Below the pieces are notes generated by a model. The model was not told the DNA's origin, searched no databases, and worked only from the letters and a program-made list of their open reading frames with translations. Shown here piece by piece: positions 17,371 to 23,409 of a stretch of 24,260 nucleotides of DNA (positions are counted from its first letter, which is position 1; each line of letters begins with the position of its first letter). Origin of the DNA: a virus (taxonomy: Duplodnaviria > Caudoviricetes); IMG/VR virus record IMGVR_UViG_3300033076_000166, positions 1-24,260 of that record; one strand, 5' to 3'. Position numbers and translations under genes: made by a program.

Positions 17371-17956
17371 GCGCCTCCTGCTCTGTCAAATCTTTTACAT
17401 CGACATCTTGGACTTCAGTAATCTCCACGATCTTCGCCATTTTGCTGAGCTTTTCCTTGATCCGGGCTTCCAGTTCAGCGTCTGACAGGTCGGTCTTCTT
17501 GACCTCAATCTTCTCCGTGAAGAGCCCCACTTCCGTCACCTTGCCCAAAAGGGCAAGTGCTTTTAGCCGCACAGACGCGGTGGGGTGGTTGGTCTCTTCC
17601 AGTATTTTTGCCACGGCGTAGCCGCGCAACTCCTTGGCGCGTTCAATGAATTCCCAGTCATAGGCGGATAGCATCCCTACAAGATGTTGGACAGCGGCTG
17701 GGGTTTTGACTTGGGCTACGGCGGTGTGGGCTACTTCATTGGGCTGGCCGCTGATTAAAGCGGTGAAAGCTTGGCGGGAGTGTTGGGCTTCAATATCTGT
17801 GATGGCTTCTTCGCCCACAGCACCCAGTTCCTTCAACCAATCTGTTGTTGCTACTTTAGCATCCACTGCGTCAGCGGGATGGGTTTTTTCAAGCGGCACG
17901 AACTCCGCGGAGTCGGGCTCCACAATGGGTTCGAAGTCGATAAGATGATCTAGCAT
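17348..17956 (-). CDS. Putative terminase small subunit
   Basis: 202 aa immediately upstream of and overlapping terL; helical RLKALALLGK motif and a LSDAELEARIKEKL C-terminal helix. Assignment mainly from position. Confidence 0.6.
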   Translation of the reverse strand: MLDHLIDFEPIVEPDSAEFVPLEKTHPADAVDAKVATTDWLKELGAVGEEAITDIEAQHSRQAFTALISGQPNEVAHTAVAQVKTPAAVQHLVGMLSAYDWEFIERAKELRGYAVAKILEETNHPTASVRLKALALLGKVTEVGLFTEKIEVKKTDLSDAELEARIKEKLSKMAKIVEITEVQDVDVKDLTEQEAHESDPES

Positions 17957-17966
17957 GCGATGGTCC

Positions 17967-17995
17967 TTGCAACCACGTTCGGCGCAGTGTATAGT
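17967..17995 (+). promoter_or_regulatory. Sigma70-type promoter driving the candidate sRNA
   Basis: -35 TTGCAA (17967-17972), exactly 17-bp spacer, -10 TATAGT (17990-17995). Points away from the putative terS gene and overlaps its RBS. Confidence 0.7.
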
Positions 17996-18001
17996 TCAAT
18001 C

Positions 18002-18100
18002 GGCAAGTGTGCAAGCATTGCGTGCCATTTGCTTCTCCTTCGTGGCACTTTCTCTCGCTTAGTGACCACTTTTCCCCCGGACATGTCTGGGGGTCTTTTT
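18002..18100 (+). ncRNA. Candidate trans-acting antisense sRNA with an anti-Shine-Dalgarno/anti-start-codon loop
   Basis: Bounded by a promoter and a terminator, with no credible plus-strand ORF. Hairpin 1 (18003-18021) has a GCAA tetraloop. Hairpin 2, GTGCCA(18022-18027)/TGGCAC(18043-18048), displays CATTTGCTTCTCCTT (18026-18040), the exact complement of four gene starts. Confidence 0.7.
18074..18100 (+). terminator. Intrinsic terminator of the candidate sRNA
   Basis: CCCCCGGA-CATG-TCTGGGGG stem (one G-U pair) followed by TCTTTTT. Confidence 0.7.
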
Positions 18101-18185
18101 CTGTACCGAGCATAAGCGGAAGCATCGACGGCTAATCTACCCCGTCTGAGGCCAGCGTCGGCCAAGAAACAGAACCGCGCAGGAG

Positions 18186-18209
18186 AGCCCCTTCGGGGGC
18201 TTTTTTGTT
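18186..18209 (+). terminator. Second intrinsic terminator
   Basis: AGCCCC-TTCG-GGGGCT hairpin (C-UUCG-G tetraloop) followed by TTTTTGTT. Confidence 0.8.
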
Positions 18210-18519
18210 ACTACATTTGTCAAAGGTTTGACAAGTATATTTATAATTTTTGCAAAATCTTGGGGGTGGGGGTTTGGTTTTGTGGAATTGTCAAAGTGAT
18301 AAATAGCTGCGGAGTGTGGTTGGGGAATAGTGTTCGTGTCGCAGCCCCTCCCCTCATCAAATTTTGGGGGATGGGGGGACGGTGGGGTTGTCAGATTGGC
18401 ATTTTTTAGCCCAAAACTAGGCAAAATCACGCTGGTTTTGCCTGACCAAATGCCTCACTTGCGACAATGGTGTCAGCCAATGGCAATTCCGCCACGGCAT
18501 CTACATGAAAGGACTGACC

Positions 18520-18900
18520 ATGAACACCCAAACTCAAGTCAACAAGCTTGTCGCCCGTTACCTTGACCAGCAAGACAACCTGTTAATCGAGATGCACGCC
18601 CTCGGATTAGATACCGCAGACCTTCAGCGCCCCTATGTCATCAAGGCAGTGTGCGCGGCACTGACAGCAGGCGAAGGATGGAACGAATCCGCGCAAGGCA
18701 AGGTCATGCTCGACACCAAACACGAGCGGTATGAGTTCCTGAAAACCCGAGTGCGCGACGTTATGAACGCGCTGAAGGGCGAAACCCGGACGAGCGCAAA
18801 CAGTAAGCACGAACCGGTCGATCCAGTGGAAAAGCTTTTGAAGCAATTCGACAAAATGTCAGCCGCAGAGAAGCGTCGCTTCCTGAAGGCCATCGCATGA
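18520..18900 (+). CDS. Hypothetical early protein
   Basis: Likely start is the ATG at 18520 after GAAAGGA; 126 aa; followed by a hairpin plus T tract. Confidence 0.75.
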   Translation: MNTQTQVNKLVARYLDQQDNLLIEMHALGLDTADLQRPYVIKAVCAALTAGEGWNESAQGKVMLDTKHERYEFLKTRVRDVMNALKGETRTSANSKHEPVDPVEKLLKQFDKMSAAEKRRFLKAIA

Positions 18901-18902
18901 AT

Positions 18903-18925
18903 CGGGTCAGCGTGACCCGTTTTTT
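18903..18925 (+). repeat. 17-bp palindrome CGGGTCA-N3-TGACCCG, copy 1 (with T tract, terminator-like)
   Basis: CGGGTCAGCGTGACCCG at 18903-18919 followed by TTTTTT. Confidence 0.85.
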
Positions 18926-19000
18926 CCGGGCGGCGACAAACAGAGGGGTTGCCGCTGTTTCATTCCTTGTCTAACCAAACCCAAACCGAAAGGACTCACC

Positions 19001-19150
19001 ATGCACAAGCTCTTAACCGCATTTCGCGCAAACCCAACCGATGCAAACCGCGCCAAGCTTCAGAACTACCTGAATAAGCACATGATGGCTGTGTGCCTTG
19101 CCACGCCTGAAGAACAGGCATTCCTGAAATCCAACGGCTTCAAACTCTGA
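19001..19150 (+). CDS. Small hypothetical protein (49 aa), missing from the ORF track
   Basis: GAAAGGA RBS; MHKLLTAFRANPTDANRAKLQNYLNKHMMAVCLATPEEQAFLKSNGFKL. Confidence 0.7.
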   Translation: MHKLLTAFRANPTDANRAKLQNYLNKHMMAVCLATPEEQAFLKSNGFKL

Positions 19151-19160
19151 AAGGAACGCC

Positions 19161-19274
19161 ATGAATTGCCGCAAATACTACCGACGCTACCTGATACGGG
19201 CGACACACCTTAACTTCCAAGCCGTAAGGTATTCCACATTCAAAGCCTGCTATGTCGCAGGCGTCATTCTCTGA
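19161..19274 (+). CDS. Small basic hypothetical protein (37 aa), missing from the ORF track
   Basis: GAAAGGA RBS overlapping the upstream stop; MNCRKYYRRYLIRATHLNFQAVRYSTFKACYVAGVIL. Confidence 0.6.
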   Translation: MNCRKYYRRYLIRATHLNFQAVRYSTFKACYVAGVIL

Positions 19275-19285
19275 AAGGAACCATC

Positions 19286-19504
19286 ATGCGCCTGATCTAC
19301 GAAACCACTGGCAAACCCGTCAACGTCGGGGACATAGCACACACCTTCCGAGGCGAAGCCGTCATCATCACAGGATGGCAAGAACCACGGCACGAGGGCA
19401 GCACTGGCCGCATCTACACACAGAGCACCGATGAAAGCCGCTGGCAAAACGCTTGGTACCCAAGCGTATGCGGCATGAAATGGGTAGGCGATACGAACTA
19501 CTAA
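19286..19504 (+). CDS. Small hypothetical protein (72 aa)
   Basis: GAAAGGA RBS overlapping the upstream stop; GKPVNVGD, STGRIY and YPSVCGMKW motifs. Confidence 0.75.
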   Translation: MRLIYETTGKPVNVGDIAHTFRGEAVIITGWQEPRHEGSTGRIYTQSTDESRWQNAWYPSVCGMKWVGDTNY

Positions 19505-19512
19505 CCCAAAAG

Positions 19513-19529
19513 CGGGTCAACGTGACCCG
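19513..19529. repeat. 17-bp palindrome, copy 2
   Basis: CGGGTCAACGTGACCCG, 8 bp after the stop of 19286..19504. Confidence 0.85.
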
Positions 19530-19544
19530 AAATGTACAAAATCT

Positions 19545-19870
19545 CGGGTGTCCGGGGTAGGCTGTCGTTTTATCATATTCGGACAGTTAAACGGACACCA
19601 AAAACCCGCGTAAACACTAGCGTATCCATAACAACAGTCCTATATATACATATATAAATATATTTACTTTACTAAACAAACTTGTTTATTTATATGTGGG
19701 CGACTGGCTGTCGTTTGTTTGGCGTTAGCTCTTTCCTTTTTCTGTTGGGTATAGTCTATTCTGTTTTATACTGAATTTTGGGACAACTCCGCTACAAGCG
19801 CCATTCTATGCGGTTTTTTCTGTCCTTTTTTCTGGACAAACTAGCTAAAATGTTGGACACTACCGGACGA
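19545..19870. other. AT-rich non-coding region with GGACA repeats (replication-origin-like)
   Basis: Near-pure A/T core at about 19641-19695. GGACA at 19581, 19593, 19781, 19834 and 19855; TGTCC at 19549 and 19821; imperfect inverted arms flank the core. Confidence 0.5.
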
Positions 19871-19902
19871 AGTATCCTTTTTTCACTTAACTACTAGCCA
19901 AA

Positions 19903-20712
19903 ATGAAAAGCTATTACTACCTGACTCACCTTTCAGACCGTGAACTGAACAACTTGTTAGTCAAGCGGGGCGTGCCTCGACCAGACATTCAACGTGTGCG
20001 AAGAGAGGTTGCCGCCTTAAAACTTGAGCTGCGAAAGCAGAAGGCAAGGAAGCGTGCCATCGATGACCTGTGGCGCAACGTGCTGAACCCCTTGGCAAAC
20101 GAGCTGCGCGTGGTACGGGCAATGCTTCGGTATGAAAACCGCAAGTACCCCAACCCCAAACGGCGCGAAGCTATCGACGCCTACATCAAGGTGTTATCCA
20201 AAGTGAAATTAAAACTGCGGGAGTACCGCTACTACAAAGAGCGCACGCCCAAGGAACAGGCCGAGTACATGAAAGAACTGGGCAAAACGATACCGAATGA
20301 CGGCGAGCACTGGACGGACTGGGTTCCTGAAAAGGTAAAGGCCGCGATCAGTGCCGCGTTCTTGGAAGCAAAGCAAACCGCACCAGCACACGCCAGAATC
20401 AAAGAACCTTTCCCGCGCACCATGACCAAGGCAGACAATCACCGCCTTCGTTATACCCACATCGTGACTGCCAAAAAAGAACTGCGAGAGGCGCAGCAGG
20501 AACTGACCATCATTCAGGACATGAATGGGTTTGATCCGAGCGAAGCCGAGCGGGATGCGAAAGCTAAGGTTGCCCACATACAGAACATCCTGAACTGGTT
20601 GATATGCGTAGGGGATACAGAGTTCATACCGAAAACATGGGGCGAACTGCTGACAGCAGACCTGCCGACCGTGACGCTGGAAGATGCACCGGAAGAAAAC
20701 GGGTCAGCCTGA
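19903..20712 (+). CDS. Hypothetical protein (basic, helical)
   Basis: 269 aa ORF, Arg/Lys-rich N-half, HWTDWVP motif; no recognisable family. Confidence 0.8.
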   Translation: MKSYYYLTHLSDRELNNLLVKRGVPRPDIQRVRREVAALKLELRKQKARKRAIDDLWRNVLNPLANELRVVRAMLRYENRKYPNPKRREAIDAYIKVLSKVKLKLREYRYYKERTPKEQAEYMKELGKTIPNDGEHWTDWVPEKVKAAISAAFLEAKQTAPAHARIKEPFPRTMTKADNHRLRYTHIVTAKKELREAQQELTIIQDMNGFDPSEAERDAKAKVAHIQNILNWLICVGDTEFIPKTWGELLTADLPTVTLEDAPEENGSA

Positions 20713-20716
20713 CCCG
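20700..20716. repeat. 17-bp palindrome, copy 3
   Basis: CGGGTCAGCCTGACCCG, containing the TGA stop of 19903..20712. Confidence 0.85.
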
Positions 20717-20750
20717 ATAAATCAGGCGGCAACCATGAAAGGAGAAGCAA

Positions 20751-21095
20751 ATGAAGATCGTGATGCCCGATTGGCGTGACACTTTGAAGGTAGGCGATGT
20801 GCTTATCTCACCGACGGGAAGCTGGCGCGTAGTGAGGGCGGTGTCTTACTGGAGCGAAGACAACTGGTGCGCGACACGGCGAGGGTTGCTGCAGTCCGTA
20901 ACCTTATCAATTAAGCGGTGCTCGTGGACAGGCAGGGCGTTCACATTAAAGATACGTTCCGATCTGGCACGCTGGCAAAAGCTTGAAGGCGCACGCGCCA
21001 AGTTATCAACCGAAGCAGATCGCAAACTACTGGAGGACATACGCAAATACACAACCAATCATTTCACCTGCTGCACTGTTAAACACATGATCTAA
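20751..21095 (+). CDS. Hypothetical protein
   Basis: 114 aa; start region AAAGGAGAAGCAAATG (20738-20753). Confidence 0.75.
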   Translation: MKIVMPDWRDTLKVGDVLISPTGSWRVVRAVSYWSEDNWCATRRGLLQSVTLSIKRCSWTGRAFTLKIRSDLARWQKLEGARAKLSTEADRKLLEDIRKYTTNHFTCCTVKHMI

Positions 21096-21106
21096 AGGAG
21101 AAGCAA

Positions 21107-21334
21107 ATGCCAAAAGTAATTTTTGAAAACGGAAAACCTATCCTGCGTGATGACTGGGACGAGGCAGATGTCCACGGCCAAGCTGGTGAGATGGACATCG
21201 AACTGACCGATGACGAGGCACTGGAAGTTATGCACTTGATTGCTCGCACATTCGACGCACACATAGGCGTTAACTGGGACGTTATCGGGCAAGCCATCGA
21301 AGCAGTGAAGGAGAGAGTAAATGAAAACGAGTGA
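21107..21334 (+). CDS. Small acidic hypothetical protein
   Basis: 75 aa; start region AAAGGAGAAGCAAATG (21094-21109); LTDDEALEV...FDAHIGVNWDVI motif. Confidence 0.8.
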   Translation: MPKVIFENGKPILRDDWDEADVHGQAGEMDIELTDDEALEVMHLIARTFDAHIGVNWDVIGQAIEAVKERVNENE

Positions 21335-21668
21335 GCTGACAGGCGCTGCCCTTGACTGGGCAGTGGCGGAGTGTGAAGAGGTTGGGGTGCGATGGAGTGC
21401 GCCGCACGAACAGCTATTGATTGAAGGTAAACCATATATAGTCTGGAACCCACATAAAAACTGGGCACAAGGCGGACAGATAATTGAGCGGGAAGGGCTG
21501 ACAGTGGAATATCTACATGACTCACGATGGATTGCAAAACATCCAACAGCGAAGCGGCATAGTCGCCCTATCTTTGGCGAAGGCACAACCCCACTCATCG
21601 CAGCAATGCGCTGCTATGTGGCATCGAAACTAGGTGAAGAAGTACAACTACCGGAGGAATTAAAATGA
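21321..21668 (+). CDS. Phage NinX/DUF2591-like protein
   Basis: 115 aa; ELTGAALDWAVA, WAQGGQIIERE and TPLIAAMRCYVASKLG motifs typical of this family. Confidence 0.75.
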   Translation: MKTSELTGAALDWAVAECEEVGVRWSAPHEQLLIEGKPYIVWNPHKNWAQGGQIIEREGLTVEYLHDSRWIAKHPTAKRHSRPIFGEGTTPLIAAMRCYVASKLGEEVQLPEELK

Positions 21669-21889
21669 CAATCACACTCATCAAACAAGAAACAATCCAC
21701 GCACAACTCAATGATGTTCAGTTGATCGAGGCAGCAGTGCGTATGTCAGAGCGCGGCGGAGGATTCGCAAGCTGCATAGGTAACGCATACCTACGCGCAG
21801 ACAGTGTTAACTCAGAGAAGCTATTGCGAACATTCCCTGAGTTGTTTATCAAGTTCGCACCTAGGAAAGAAGCAGACCCGTATCAATAA
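21665..21889 (+). CDS. Small hypothetical protein
   Basis: 74 aa; start overlaps the upstream stop; GGGFAS...AD..N...L...FPELF motif. Confidence 0.7.
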   Translation: MTITLIKQETIHAQLNDVQLIEAAVRMSERGGGFASCIGNAYLRADSVNSEKLLRTFPELFIKFAPRKEADPYQ

Positions 21890-21930
21890 GCAGCACAACG
21901 TAGTAACCACAACAATGAAAGGAGAAGCAA

Positions 21931-23406
21931 ATGTCTACACAATACAACGGACAGGAACGCTTGGAGTGGATGGTATCTCTCACTAGCGTACTGCGTGAGC
22001 GTGCAGCTATTGGCGATTTTGTTAATCGTTATGGTTGGAATGACTTACCCGACAGCTACAAAAAGATATACCCGGAGAATCAGGCACAACACTTAATCAT
22101 GCGTAGCTGGCGGCATGCACACATGCGCAAGTTCAAAACCATGCACGCTGTCATACGTGACGCAGTGATGTTAGCCCCGCCTCGTGACTGGCATCTATTA
22201 GTTCTTGAGTGGCCTCACAAAGCAGAGACAGACCCGTCACGCATAGCCTACACACGCGACGATAAGGCAGGCATGGCTGACAAGCAGACCGTGACCAGCG
22301 TAGGTAGGTATCTCACTCGGCATTTCCCTACGCTTGCTGACCATCAGATACGTGACCTAGCTGCACAATACATAGCTGTTAACGATACGTTCAAGATCGT
22401 ACGCACAACGGAACAGATTGTTGACTACCTACACCGTGGTCCGAACTCGTGCATGCTGTGGAACGATGGCGATGAAGATTGGGACGGTGATCCGTACGAG
22501 CATCCGTACGTAGCCTACGCGCCTGAGCTTGGCTGGGGTCTGGCTGTGCGTATGTCAGGCAGTACTGTAAACGGCCGTGCGCTTGTCAATGACAGACAGA
22601 AATGTTTTGTGCGTACGTACAAACGCAACGATGACGGCTACTCAGGCAATGACGATGCGCTGTCCTCGTGGCTTGTAGGTCAAGGCTATGCCAAGCAGAA
22701 CGGCTGGCCTGAAGGTACTGCACTGAAGAAAGTACCACGCGGTACTCGCTGGGGTAACAAGGTGTTCTGGGCTCCATACATTGACGGTTGCCATCAGGAC
22801 ATTGAGGTATGCGGCGACGAGTTACACATCTGCGCTTCAGGCGAGTACACATGCACCAACACTGACGGGTATCCGCAAGAGAACGAGATGTGTACGTGTG
22901 AGTCATGCGACGATCGTGTGCATGAGGATGATCGCTACGTTGTCGGACGTAACGAGGACTATGCGATATGTCGTTCATGCTTCGAGGATTATGTGCGTGC
23001 GCATAGCCGTCGTGGTCATTCATGCTACTTGCACACGGATGATGTCGTTCAGGTTGGCGAGAACTACTACGACACCGAGTATCTGTCCGACAATAACATT
23101 GTCGAGACTGACCAAGGCGAGTTCATGCACATCGATGACGCAGTGTGTATTGACGATACGTGGTATGACATTGACGATTCGCGTGTAGTGCGCTGCGAAG
23201 ATACCGACGAGTATGCCATCGAGGACGAGGGTTGCTGGCAGTGCGATAACAGCGGCAACTGGTACTCAGACTACGTGACACCGGTAAAACTGTGCGACAT
23301 GCACGGCGATGTGTTGCATATTCACCCAGACTTCGAGGACGAATACGAAGCCGACCTGTCTGTTGACCTGACCGCCGACGAAACACTAACAATTGAAGGA
23401 GCTTAA
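21931..23406 (+). CDS. Large hypothetical protein with Cys-rich, highly acidic repeated C-terminal region
   Basis: 491 aa; start region AAAGGAGAAGCAAATG (21918-21933). The N-half has GPNSCM, GRALV and PYIDG motifs; the C-half has CESC, CRSC and CWQC in Asp/Glu/Tyr-rich units. Confidence 0.85.
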   Translation: MSTQYNGQERLEWMVSLTSVLRERAAIGDFVNRYGWNDLPDSYKKIYPENQAQHLIMRSWRHAHMRKFKTMHAVIRDAVMLAPPRDWHLLVLEWPHKAETDPSRIAYTRDDKAGMADKQTVTSVGRYLTRHFPTLADHQIRDLAAQYIAVNDTFKIVRTTEQIVDYLHRGPNSCMLWNDGDEDWDGDPYEHPYVAYAPELGWGLAVRMSGSTVNGRALVNDRQKCFVRTYKRNDDGYSGNDDALSSWLVGQGYAKQNGWPEGTALKKVPRGTRWGNKVFWAPYIDGCHQDIEVCGDELHICASGEYTCTNTDGYPQENEMCTCESCDDRVHEDDRYVVGRNEDYAICRSCFEDYVRAHSRRGHSCYLHTDDVVQVGENYYDTEYLSDNNIVETDQGEFMHIDDAVCIDDTWYDIDDSRVVRCEDTDEYAIEDEGCWQCDNSGNWYSDYVTPVKLCDMHGDVLHIHPDFEDEYEADLSVDLTADETLTIEGA

Positions 23407-23409
23407 ATC

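Noticed and set aside
327-17953. Numerous plus-strand ORFs opposite the structural genes (e.g. 6214..6801, 9991..10497, 12688..13188)
   Set aside because: Shadow ORFs antisense to well-supported, tightly packed minus-strand genes; no RBS or protein-like motifs.
18140-18172. CTGAG...GAAAC resembling a hammerhead
   Set aside because: The core is CUGAGG, not CUGANGA, and the stems do not fit the hammerhead topology.
18228-18247. TTGACA and TATAAT close together on the plus strand as a consensus promoter
   Set aside because: The spacer is only 8 bp, incompatible with sigma70 geometry.
17889-18566. ORFs 17889..18125, 17950..18165, 18137..18430 and 18330..18566 in the strand-switch region
   Set aside because: No convincing RBS; they run through terminators, G-runs and palindromes. 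The region is better explained as regulatory/non-coding.
18903-20716. Palindromic repeats as a CRISPR array or integron attC sites
   Set aside because: Spacing is irregular (about 600 and 1200 bp), the repeats are only 17 bp, and no cas or integrase gene or attC core sites are visible.
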